From Antedon mediterranea (Eukaryota; Animalia; Echinodermata), in the NCBI RefSeq assembly GCF_964355755.1, contig NC_092674.1:3348001-3412000 (forward strand): a stretch of 64,000 nucleotides of DNA. Direction: 5' to 3'. Made by a program: the position numbers and the translations under genes. Under the pieces are notes generated by a model. The model saw nothing but the letters and a program-made list of their open reading frames with translations, was not told the DNA's origin and searched no databases. Shown one piece after another: positions 38,900-52,300 of the stretch. Within the stretch, counting starts at the first letter, position 1. Every line of letters starts with the position of its first letter.

Positions 38900-39659
38900 G
38901 TAATTTATATATAAATTATGGTTAATTCTGACATAGGCGAGCACAATGGAAAAACTTCGGTACAAATCTCCGCCTTGGATACCTACCTTATCTATCTCAG
39001 GGAAGATTACAGGCACTTTCCATCAATCAATACAGTGTCCCTTTGGAAGACGGAAGAAAAAAACAGATAGTAGGACTGGAGCTCAAGTTGGCCATTAGTC
39101 ATAGTCATTTCAGTTTTTTGTTTATTTTAGGAACGGACCTCGCGTGTGAAGGTACAGTAGTTAAAAAATAAAAATTACACTGCAAATTAATAAAGATCAA
39201 ATTAAATATACGCCATAAAGAATTCGGAATATATTGTGGGGAATAGTATTATAAAATTACATAGGGAGATTTTATGATAAGACATTTTGTTTAAAAATCA
39301 AATCGAGTGAAATCCCGATAGCTGAGTTTTATTGAGTAAGCTGGCAGGAATAAGTAGGCTATCTGTGTCCCGTTAGGACCGAGATGTCTGCCCATGTTGC
39401 ACCTCTTATTGAGTTATGTTTAATTATCCTTTCACTCATTGTAGTTTTGATATTTAGTCTTTTCGGTACCCTGAAACTAAAATTCTTCATTACTGTTTTT
39501 GTCCTGTTTCCGGTTCCCGTGTTGTCCTGTTTTTCTTTCAGTTTCTATGGGCTGCCTTATACAAGCTTCGCTTTTTAGGAATGTTGCCCCTCTTATTTTA
39601 ATCATATTTACTGTTAATTTTTATTTTCTATGAAAGACAAGAAGAGAAATAAATGTTAC

Positions 39660-39690
<31 letters not shown>

Positions 39691-40948
39691 CTTTCTTGGG
39701 CCGAAACGGCCCACTCTGTCACGGCAGTTAGTTTCAAAAGATGTTTAAATTAAATAATGTAGTAATAATTATTAGGATGGTATTTATTTGAATAAACGCC
39801 TCTCCAATAAAGCATCACTTTGAATAATAATCCCCATCCCCAACCCAACTATCTAATAAACGTCCATCCACATTTATAATAACACAATTATACTATTTGT
39901 TGTAGTAGAATTCATCGCACTGTCTACAATTTACCAAGCATTTGTTATTCGTTTTTATCACTTTTCATATCTATTAGAGGATTTCATTTGATTACAAATG
40001 TTACCATATTATTAAAACTAAAAAATGTAACGTATATCCCTCGAATAAGCACCTCCCTCAAATTAACTCCGCCTCCCCACCTCCGCCCTATAAGGTCTCT
40101 ACTAAACAATAAACACTATACTTTAAAATGTTATTAATCATCTAAGACACTGTGAAACAGAGTAGTTTAGTTTTACGAATGTCAAGCATTTTCAATAATG
40201 GTAACCGACAGAAAACGTATAAGGAGAACATTATCATTTCGAGAACCATCGTCTACACTTCCTAGAGGGGGAGCGAGCGAAGCGAGCTCACCCTCTAGTA
40301 CGGTACTTTCTAGTTAATAAAGCATGTTTTCCACTACATCCAAATTTATTTGCGCGAATGCTGTCTAAAAGCTAACAAACCCAGCGTATAAGCTTTCGAC
40401 ACATTCACCCAGTAAATTGAAAACAGTGAATTGTCAATGTGAACAAACAATTCTTATTAGACTGAATAGAAACATAAATACCTTCAGATTAATTTGAGCC
40501 CTATTTAAAGTTTGTCCAACTATTAGTTACGGAGTTATTATATATATATATGATATGTAGGTCAAAGGTCAAATATGCCAAAAATCATACTTCCAGCCAT
40601 TTTTGGACAAACTTTTCCATTAGAACGAATATTAATATGCATCTCCCAAATAATTTGACACTAAAATTATTTCATTTAATCTAAGCGTTGCAAAGATAGG
40701 ACCATTTTGTTTTCAATGGGTCAAAACATTCAAATTGAGGTCAGAGGTCAAAGATGAATTTTATAACCAGCATGATTCAAATATTCATAAAACACAATGT
40801 TTACACTTTCCCCCTGATCTGCACACGAATATATTATTTCTACCCGCACTATTTAGTCCAGTCTATTTTAGTCTTAGTTTAGATATTTGAATCAGTGGTG
40901 AAAACATTTGTTTTCTGGATTATTGTACGCTGATGAGTGCATATCAAA

Positions 40949-43900
40949 ATGAATATCGCACAACTTTCTTCATGTATTTTTATATTCTGTTATCATGGTG
41001 AGTTATTTTAATGGATATTTTCAATTAAAACAATATTTGAAGTCGTCTAGACTGATATAGATCGGTAATTAATGTCGTTGTTTTCAATATAGTATTTTTG
41101 TAATAATTTGATTATCAAATTCTATTTGTTTCAGCTATACTTTGCACTTCTTTACAATGTACTCCTAAACAAGATATCCTGATGGTCAATAATTCAAGTG
41201 ACTGTTTTCGTGAGTGTGAGTTTCCCGCTAAACCGAGATTGTGCGAATTTGAGTTTACGGTAGCTTGGTGGTATACGTTAGCAGCGGCTTGCATCGACTG
41301 TCCTGGTTTCAGACAAGACTGTGATTTGCCTCAATGTTTTACCGTAGATGGTTCACGTAGATCTATCTTGACAGTGAATGGAATGTCACCTGGACCAAGC
41401 ATACAGGTTCGTATAGGCATGGACTAAAGAACGATTTGGTATAAAGCTCTACACTATCAAACTAGTTTGACAAAAAAAGTGTGATGTGCTCAAATATGGT
41501 AGTGGTATGCTCAAATATAGTAGTGATATGACATAATCATGTCCAAATATGAGTACATCATATTTGTTTGTCACATAAGGTTTGATAGTGTAGATAGGGC
41601 TTTAGTAAAGAGACAACTTCATCAAATTTAATAATAAATCCAGAGGATTGGAACTGTAAAATGCTTTCTAATTTAGTGATGATTACATTAGAAGTTTCCC
41701 TCTGAATTAGTTAATAATAATAATAATAATACACTTATATTGACTTATTAATATTAATTTTGTTTCATTTACGGAGTTATTGTTATTGGTTGCAAATATA
41801 ATCTAAATATGTTTCAACTATTTGTTTAAAATTTGTTTTTAACAGGTCTGTCATGGTGATACTGTTCGCGTAAAAGTCAAAAACCAACTTCAAGATGGAG
41901 GTTCGTTGACAATACATTGGCATGGTATACATCAATTTAACACCGTGTGGGCAGATGGCGTTCCGATGATTACTCAATGTCCCATACCAAGTTCAACCTT
42001 TTTCGTATACGAGTTTGTTGCAGACCCGCCAGGTACCCATTGGTGGCACTCTCACGTTGGTGTTCAGAGAGGTGACGGGTTGTACGGAGCATTGATTGTC
42101 AGGGAACCAAGACAAAAAGAGTTCAACAGTAAAGAATATGACTTTGACCTTCCACAACATTACATGTTATTTAACGACTGGTTAGGTATTTCAAGTCTTG
42201 ATCTGTATTTATTAGCGATTGCCAATGCTGTTCCGTCGTCTGGATATACAGATACCATGTTGATCAATGGCAGAAGTCACAATAGGGACATTGATATGGA
42301 TGTTCCTATCACAGTGTTTGAAGTAGAACAAGGTTTCCGATATCGGATGCGAATAGTAGATGCTTCATTTAGTGAGTGTATTGTAAGAATTACTGTCGAA
42401 TCCCATCCGATAACGATCATTGCCACTGATGGCTTTGAAATGGAACCGGTTCGTGAAGTGGATGCTTTATACTTTACTGCTGGTGAGAGGTAATTCCAAT
42501 CTAAATTGTTCATTTTAATTCAAGGGATGGAGCTGACATCATTTGTTTATTTGTGGGCACGGTTTCATGAACTTACATACTTATTTCGTTTAGGATATTT
42601 TACTGCAGAAACTATATTTTATACCGCAATAACTTGTTGTTTCAATTTTGGAGAAGTTTACGAATGCGCAGTGACGCATTGTTGGTTTGGCTTTTCAAAT
42701 AGAAACTTAGAAATGCTGTAATAGTGCATTAATCCAATCAATGCAATACACGCAATTGTTTTTTACGACATGTCGATGGCTGGTAGGTATTTTTTTTTTT
42801 AGAAATGTGTATAGCATTCTTTCTTATTTTTAATTATTTCAGAGTGGATTTTGTACTCGAGGCGTCTGCAAAACCCTCAACGTATTGTATATACGTAGTT
42901 GGTATACCCAACCCAGTATGCCCTGCGATTGGTGCAGCAAAATTAAAATACAAGAATTCACCAACCATGGATGTAAATTGTACACAGTACAACACAGAAC
43001 AACGTGATTTTTTTTCAACAGCCGTACTTAAAGATAACGATACAGATGTATACACATTTAAAGATACGCACGCATTACGTAAGATTTTTTTTTTAAATAA
43101 ATTTTCCAAAGCAATTTGACTTCCCGTCACGAGAGCTGAAAAACATTGGCCTAGCAGACGGCCTAGGCAATTTTGCAATTTTATACACGGCCATAGAGGT
43201 ATCCAATAGAAGGGTTCTAATATAAACATTCAGTTTGTGTCTTTAGGGGGCATTGCGTCATCAAAACTCTCAATTTCTAGTAGCCTATATTGTATACTAT
43301 TGTAATATTGTCTTACAATGTCTTTTAATTATCTTTTCGCATTTACTATCTCTGTTGCGCGTGCGTACAAAAGTGTTGTTAAAACGTACGCCAATAGAAT
43401 TCGAACCATACCATGAAAGCCACTCAGTGCCCTAATAATACTTAATAGAAGGACGTCTGCATATCAAGCAGAAGGTTCCTGGTTCGGATATCGGCTGTTT
43501 TTTTAAGAAACCGATTTTCTTAATTTGTTTATTCACAAATATAATATTTAATGTACTAATTCATTGTAGAACCTGTAGATCCGGCTTTATACCACGTGGA
43601 TACTGTATATTATGTCGTCATGGGCGTCTCATACTACAGTTATACTTCGAATAGACCAGAAGCTGGAACAACTCACTCTCCATTTTTCACCATGAATCAA
43701 GTGCAATTTGATTTTCCGGATAAACCGTTTGTTTCATTCGAGCCAAATGGTAACGTAGATTCGTGCAGGACGTACCCAGGGTATAACAATACAGAGTTGG
43801 CCGAATGCAATAATACACACTGTAGTTGCCCTCTGGTTGCTAAAGTGAAACTTGGTCAGGTAACTTTATACATTTTACCATGTTTAGTAGTGTGAACATA

Positions 43901-45732
43901 AATCTACTTCTATTCAATTCAATTTAATTATTTCGACCGAAATCAAACGTATTTTTACATACACTAAACAAGTCAAACAGCAACAGAAGTATCATTAATT
44001 TTGGACGAGGGAAGACATAGAGACTCAAGTCACTAAAGCGTGGTTCCCACTAGCGACGCAACACAAGGACGTAACGCAACGCAAGTGAATTGACCAATCA
44101 CAAGCGATGGCTTATTCGCTTGTGATTGCTAACTGTCTATAACTTCACTTGTCATTGGTTAAAACGCTTGCGTTGCGTTTACGTCATTGCGTTACGTTCT
44201 AGTAGGAACCAAGCTTTAAAACGCTTGCGTTGCGTTTACGTCATTGCGTTACGTTCTAGTGGGGACCAAGCTTAACTCTCTGTAGTTTAACTCTTATTAT
44301 CTTAAGTTGCCAGTGATTTTTTCCCTTTCGAAGTTGAATTATTGTGGAAAACATTATTTGTTGATGCCCGCCATTTCTCGCAGTCTCCGTATATTTACGT
44401 TCTAATTTTGTTCAAGATGTATTGTCCCCCAAAAACATGAAAAATGAAGATTAATTAAATAAGATTTTGAATAGGCTATTTTGTAGTTTTTAATAAAGTT
44501 AATCACTTCCGTAGAAAAAAAAATAATGTTTTCCCTTATAAAATGACAAAATAAATGGTTAAATTCAACCAAAAATCTATTGGCTGGCAGCCAATTTTAC
44601 TATTTTTTGCTTTAATTTACAGTTTTTTCAGTTAAATACTTTTTTTTATCATCTAATTTTTGGTCAAAGTGGATAACTATATGACATTAAAATGGCTTAT
44701 TCAACAAAAAAAATTAAAATAATTATTTTTTCAGGGGGACAATACATCTTTAACCGTTGACTTTTCTTTTAAGGTAGTGGAGTTCGTTGTGATTGATGAT
44801 GTTCATATTATCAATCACCCGATGCATCTTCATGGACAATCATTCCGACTATTAGCACAAGGACTTAAAAATATAAGTGCTGACGAATTAATCGAATTTG
44901 ATAAGACACGTAGGTCCTATACATTTTTTTTTTCTTTCTGCTTTTTTAGCAGTCTTGTTCCTCTACCCATGGACCAAATTACCCGGGTGGTCAATATGGC
45001 TTGAATTTCTATCAGGCCTTGTACTCGAGAACTCTTTAACCAGCTTATACACTTAGATAGAATAATCTTGAACTAACCGGCGGCACTTACAACGCCGATT
45101 GGTTTAGACATTCGCGCAGATTGTTACGCTCAATTTGGAGTTTCATACAGATTGACCCGGGTAAGTTAGTATCATGTGTATAGTCTCGCTAACTTTGTTG
45201 TGTAGAAACCGTATACTCGGGTATGTAAATACATGGAGTAAAGAAATGGTAAATATAACCTATAGGCTAGAGGCCCAAGTCGTTGATCCAGCGAAAATAT
45301 TGCAATGCAAAGCGGTTTAATTATACGTAGAAATTATACGTAATACAAATATGTAAAAAATAATAATGTTTCCGTTTCGTTTATGTAGATGGTTTACCAA
45401 GAATCCCGCTTGAATCAGCGGTTGTAAAGGATACGGTGAATATAATTTCGGGTGGTTACGTCATCATTAGATGGAAGGCTGAAAACCCCGGTTATTGGTT
45501 CTTTCATTGTCACGTGGAGTACCACTCACTGGTGAGTTATTTAAATATAATAAAAAACAATTCTACGAAGTTTAAAATCATCAGTCTATTAATGCATCGT
45601 TTTTTTTCCATTTCTTCCAAGGCGGGAATGGCAATGATTATTCAAGTCGGTGAAGAAGACGAAATTCCAAATCCACCAAAAGGATTTCCAACGTGTGGAT
45701 CATTCACGCCCGGTGAAGAAGAAAAATCATAA
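40949..45732 (+). CDS. laccase-like multicopper oxidase paralog B, unit 2 copy (626 aa)
   Basis: All exons lie at +27025 from unit 1; translated ORFs are identical. Confidence 0.92.
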
Positions 45733-48700
45733 CGTTAACTTTACGACGACTTGAAACTGTTATTATAGTCGTCGTCCAGCTCTGCTAAAATCGAGTTCTA
45801 TTCGCGACTACACCTTATGACGTCATGTCGACACAAACAAGCTAATATATCCCTAATATCAACTTTATTACTGTTAACCACGAAAGATAAAAAAAAACCT
45901 GTAATATTATATATCATATATTACGGTAATATCAAGCTAGCACACTGAAAAAAAAGAAGGTGTTGAGGAGAAATATTTCACATTACGTCAATATAGATAT
46001 AAGTATTTTCTCTCTATAAAACTAAAATGAGAATACATCCTCCTTTTGGACATCCTATTAAGAGGACAATTTGTTTGGGGGGGGGGGAGGGATCCCGAAG
46101 GTGTCCCCTTAATAGGAGGTTTGTTTTGTATAGTGTTATATAGACAGTGTTTGTATATTTTTATATTTTTTTTGGTATTAAATTACAGAAATCGCATAAA
46201 AGTAGTCCACGAAAGGCCTATATTATAAATGTTTTTCGAGAAATTCTTTGTTAAATATAGACCATGCATTATACTTTATCCGGAGCTGTCTGCTGGGTGT
46301 TCTATCGTAACAGGAGATGTATTATTGTCATTTTCATTCAGTGATATATATATAATAAATCCAAGGGCAAAATACTGAAAAATGGCAATGCTGTGGGTAT
46401 CAGTGGCTGGATCTCATTTGAGATACAAAAAAAGCAAAAAAGCTAAATCAAAACGATAAAGTAAAACAGCCAGAAAAGTTATCAGAGCTTTCGTGGAACA
46501 CTAGTCCTTCATCAGTGCAAGTATGTGTGCATCTATATATTGCTTGCTCTTTGTCTGTTATGTTTTTGCGTCCCTGACACAAGCATTTGCTTTATTAGTG
46601 ACGCTACCGTTTTGGAAATAAATGTTAATTTGGATTGATTTAATATTTTAATTTTTTAAATATTTATTAAAAATCATGCCGCCGTACAGTACTGCTGCAT
46701 TGCTGTTGGTTTTTGTAACGTGACAGTGGGGCGGATCCACCCAATTTTTTCAATTCTGATATAGGCCTAATATTATTATTATGATATATGTTATTAAATA
46801 AGTTCATTTGGATCTGATAATGTAATGTGAAAAAAAGTTACTTGTATATGATCCACTATAGTAGTAGTAGGCGAAACGTCAAGGATGTAGTAGCTTCAAG
46901 ATCAACCAATCAATTTAAGTCCGGTCTTGAACGGGCATGGTCCAACCACCCTCTTAAAGTTGCGCCATATTCAAGAGTTGATGTAATTATCAAGAGGGGC
47001 ATAGCCTAGCCTCGACTCCGGACCCAGCATTGCTGAGCTCCGGAAACAAGTAAACAAGTAAGTAAGTAAACAAGTAAGTTCTCTGGAAATGTAAGTACCG
47101 ATATCATCTTACAAACTTGACACTATATTGGATGATATAGAAGTAACTTTTTTTCACATGATATATGTAATTATTTACATATTTTCATTTTTGTTACGTA
47201 TACTGGTATTGCGTATTGCACACACAGGCATATTTTACAGGTCTACACTTAACCTCCATATCGTATCGTATTGTTGGAATAATTCATTTTTATGGCCTTC
47301 AATGCAATTGTTATTATTAATATTGAATAATTACCGCTAAATTAAGTGCTCTTACTCTACAGGTTGGTCGGTCGGTCAGTAAACGCGACTGCAGCCATGT
47401 ATATGGCCTTGTTATACTGTTAATGTTATTGTAAATGTTACTTAATAAAATTAAAACTAACTGGAAACAAACAAAGATCAGTGTTTCTCTCTACCTTTAC
47501 AAAGTAATACAATCGATATTGTAAAGAAAAAAAAAGGAAATCAAAGATATGCAACAATAACCTATTAACTGAAATTAAATAATCCCCAACAATTGCATCA
47601 TTCAACGCTACACATAGATCTCATTTCTTTCACAAAACTAAACGTTTTTTTTCCTTTGTTTTGTATTCAAGCCAGGACCACAATAAAAACAGGTTTTCTT
47701 TTACCTGATTGTGTGATCCTGTATAAAGATGTTGTTATATAAAAAGAAAGTAATTACGCGATGATGTTTTTAACGTTTATACCGTTAACAAGCGCCTCTG
47801 TTTTTTACTTTTGTTTGGGTATCGTAATTATCGTAATACAAACACTAACCATATGTTATTATTAAGAGTCCATAGTAGAATAATTAATCAAACTACTACT
47901 GTAATTGTTTGTGGTAACTTTTAACGTTAATTCTTGTAAGAAAGGGAAACCGTTATCCGCGTCGAACTAAAAAATTATCTACGGCATTTTAACTTTCCAA
48001 CAATATTCAAATTTGTCGGAAAAGAGACAGCTTATATTTTACCAAGGAGGTATTAGTCGATCGCGCGTCTGTTTGTTGTCTGTTTGTTTTTTAGCAGGAT
48101 TACTCAAACATTTCTTTACCAAAATGAAAATACAGATAAATATGTGGTGAAGGACCACTTCATTAAATTTTGGAGGCAATCTGGACCAGGGTCCCAATTC
48201 TGGACCACTTTTAATAGGCCTACTATTTTCAGACCTGCTAGCGTTAAAAGATAGGAGACAATTTTCAAAAGCCGGTAAGCAGTCTTAAAGTAAACTGAAA
48301 TTGCGATTTTTCGAGAAAGACCTTGGGTTCTGTTCTGATATGATGAGAATAGTTTCTCGAAACATGTCACGGTATTTTAAGGCAATTTGCCTGTTCATCA
48401 AATGCCTCACAATTTTGATTTTGACTCGAACGTTTAGTGGTATCATACATGATTTATCTAATAATATTATGTTAATAGGTTATTAATTTTAACAAAAATT
48501 TGTAGAAATGAATTGAATTATGATGTTGAAAAATAAAAGTAATGTTGGTATTTAGTTGGAAAATAAACTATGGATAAAAAAAAAAGAAGAAAATGATATA
48601 TACTGTAAACAAATATGTTAAGTTATGTGTTAAGAGTTAAGTAAGGTAAAAGAGATGAACATAAAAAGAAACATGTATGGATAATTTTTTTAAAAACCAA

Positions 48701-49343
48701 TTTTAATAGGATAAATATATGTTTAAAAAAAAATGAATACAAGAACAAGAAAATATGTATGAAAAAAACAGTGTATTATTAAAACATGTTAATTAACTAC
48801 TAAAAAACAAAAAGTAAAATATGTATGTAAATATTTAAAAAGACAATGTCAATGGAAATGTCTCCTACGCCCCTACGACCATCTAGGTCATGGGACAACC
48901 AACCAACGAACTTGTTTGCAAATGCCTTCAACTATATAACTATAGAGGTATTACATTATCATCATGTGAGAGTAATAGTATTCTTACAGAAATCCAAGAG
49001 GCTTTAGGAAAAATCATAGGTGTGAGGACCACATATTTACACTTATAAAAGCATATTAGCTACGCGTAATGCGGAAAATAAGTTAATATAGGCCTACTTA
49101 GCCTTCCTGGATTTCCGTAAGGCTTTTGGCGTAATTGCCTTTTGTCAATAGCATGGAATACTGGTATCCGTGGTAAAGTCTGGAAAATTATTGATAAACT
49201 TTATACAAATGTCATATTGCTGTTAAGTTTGATGATATTGTAACTGATTATTTTGATGTCAATGAAGGGGTTAAGCAAGGCTGTTTAGGGTCACCCTTTA
49301 TAAATGAAAAAAATAAATAAAAAAACAAATGTCTTATTTTCAG

Positions 49344-52300
49344 CCAAATATGTTGACAGCAAATTGAAGACGGGGAACAAGGAAGCGACGGAAGAGGAAT
49401 TGGAAAGACTGCTGGATAAAATTCTTGTAATCTTTAGATTCATTCATGGTAAAACCACATGCTTTTTATAGTACATTACAACCCTTTATTACCTCTTAAT
49501 ATTGGTCTCCTCTGAATGGGCGTTGGCCGCAATTGATAAACGTATATTTGTTAATTTCATACGCATATATATGTATTGCCCTAAGTTATAGTGTTTAGTG
49601 TGAAACTACTAACTCAATTATAAAACATATACTTTGTGTCATAGGGAAAGATGTGTTTGAGGCATTTTACAAAAAAGGTCTTGCAAAGAGGTTACTAGTC
49701 AGCAAGAGTGCGTCCGTAGACGCAGAGAAGTCTATGTTAACTAAACTTAAACAGGGTGAGTAAATAATATATATCGTCGAATTGATGCAACATATCACAC
49801 TTATATTACCCCTGAATAATGAATGAACTATTTACCATTAATATCATGAGTAATGTAATCAACATGCGAGTGAGTGGCCGCACGGTTAAGACAGTGGAAC
49901 CATAATATGTAGCCATAATATCTGCAAGGGTTCGAGGCTTACTCACTCCATGGTTCTGGTGGTAGAACGAGTCTTCTCGGATAAGGACTAAACACCGTAG
50001 GTCCAGTGTACACATCTGTTTCATGTGCACTTTAAAGAACCTAGTACGAGGTAGGGGGTTACCCCGGTGTACTAGTATATTACAGCCACTGATCTTAACT
50101 GGGCCCTCTGGGAGACCAGTCAGTCAGTCACTGAAGATAAATAATAATAACAAAACTAACCACATGAAATTAGTTCACACAGCCACTACTTTACAGTAGG
50201 CCATCTAGTAGGCCTCCTAGTTCTGTAATAATAATCAATTTGTTGATTGTGGAACTTACAAAGATGAAGAACCACAGCAACATAGTATTATTATTATTAT
50301 TATTTATTGCCAAAAACTAGTTACAAACAAACAAAACACAGAAACTAAGGGAGTAGGCAGGAACCTAAAAGTGAACCTAATCACTATAACAAGAGTTCAG
50401 GTTCCGTACTCCCAAAGTAACAACAATGATATAAAATAAACTATATAAAAATATTTAAAAAACAAATAGACGAATCAACAGTGTCAATATAAAATAAACG
50501 GATAAAATACATAATAGTCGATTCAACAAAGTCAATATAAAACATGTGATTTTTGGTGTATTGGCACCATCTTTCAAATTATCCAAAATTCAATATAATT
50601 ATAAAGCACTGTCTACACTATCAAAACTATAAAAAAAGTGTGATGTGCCCATGGTAGTGATATGCTCAAATATGGTAGTGATATGACATTCCCATATATA
50701 GACACATCACACCTTTTTGTCACATAAAGTTGAGCACTGATGTTTGTTTTTGTAGAATGTGGTGGAGCATTTACAAGTAAGTTGGAAGGCATGTTTAAAG
50801 ATATGGAGTTATCCAAAGACATCATGGTAGCATTCAAGCAGGTAGGCTAACCACTCTCTCATTGCAACATTACCTTATTTCATTTGTCTTATTTAAATTA
50901 CAAGAAATAAAACAAGTAAAAAAACCAAAAGAATGAAAAGGCAACATGAATTTGGATGTGAGCCCTCTGTAGTTTTCTTTTTAAAATGCTATTAAGAAAT
51001 AAACCCTGCCAGATTTTAGTGGTCTTTAGTAGCTTTTGTCTAAAATTAAAATCCCTCCAACAAAAATCTGGCATTAGAAATGGTCTTTTAAATCCTACTA
51101 TTTAGAGGGAAATTAAATGTAATCTGTTTGGTTGGTCTGTCCATTTATGTGTATCTCAAAAACTGCAGTATTTGTCTGATTTTTTTCAACATTTCAATGG
51201 CTGTCCTACCCTAACAATACATTTAAACGTTTATTTTAAAGTTTTTTTAATTGGAGGGAATATTTGAATGAAATGTTTATTTGAGTCCACTTAAAAACTG
51301 TGGTCTATGGTCTCTAAATAAGATGGAGTCTTTAACTGGAGGGAGCAGCTAATTTCATCCGGGCCACATTACAGCAGTCTTTAATTGGAGGGAGTCTGCT
51401 ATTGTAATTATTAATTATTATTTATTATTATTATATGTATTTTGTACAGCATATGCAGCACCAATCAGTGCCGGGCAATATTGAGATGACCGTCAACATA
51501 TTGACTATGGGCTACTGGCCTACGTACACACCGATGGAGGTACACCTGCCCTCAAACGTAAGTCATCTACCACTAATATAATATGTAAAAGTACGGCTTG
51601 AGCTAATATTTATTTTATTATTACACAGATGTAATTTATAGATAACTTCTTTAAAGACGTATTGTCCCCCAAAATCATGAAAAATAAAGATTAATAAAAT
51701 GAGACTTTGAATAGATTATTTTGTAGCTTTAATAAAGTTAATCATTTCTGTAGAAAAAAAACTGGAAAAATCATTAACAAATTATAAAATTACAAAATAA
51801 ATGCTTAAATTCAACCAAAAACCCATTGGCTGGCAGCCAATTTGACTATTTTTTGCTTTATATTAAATTTTTTTAGGTAAATACTTTTTTTTCGATCCAA
51901 TTTTTGGTCAAAGGGGATAACTATTTCGCATCAACAGAAAAATTGTTAAGAATTAATGTTTCAGGGGGACGACAATACATCTTTAAGGTTAGCCAAACTG
52001 GTAAGACTGATCACTCTTAAAATCAAAACACTAAACATTGCTGACAATCATTTGTTTATAATTCTATCCATGTATTTAATAGCAATGTTTTTAGATCTCT
52101 GTAATTTCTTTGTTATGTATGTATATCAAATGTAAATTAATTAAACGAAATTGAATTTGTACCTTGTTGCGTAAATGACAATAAATACTATCGTATCGTA
52201 TCATACATAAGAGCATTGTATTATCTTCTATACAGTCGGGCAGCAAAGTGGTTGACCTCGCGAATTATTACCAAATCAAAATTTGAATTGCCGCCATCTT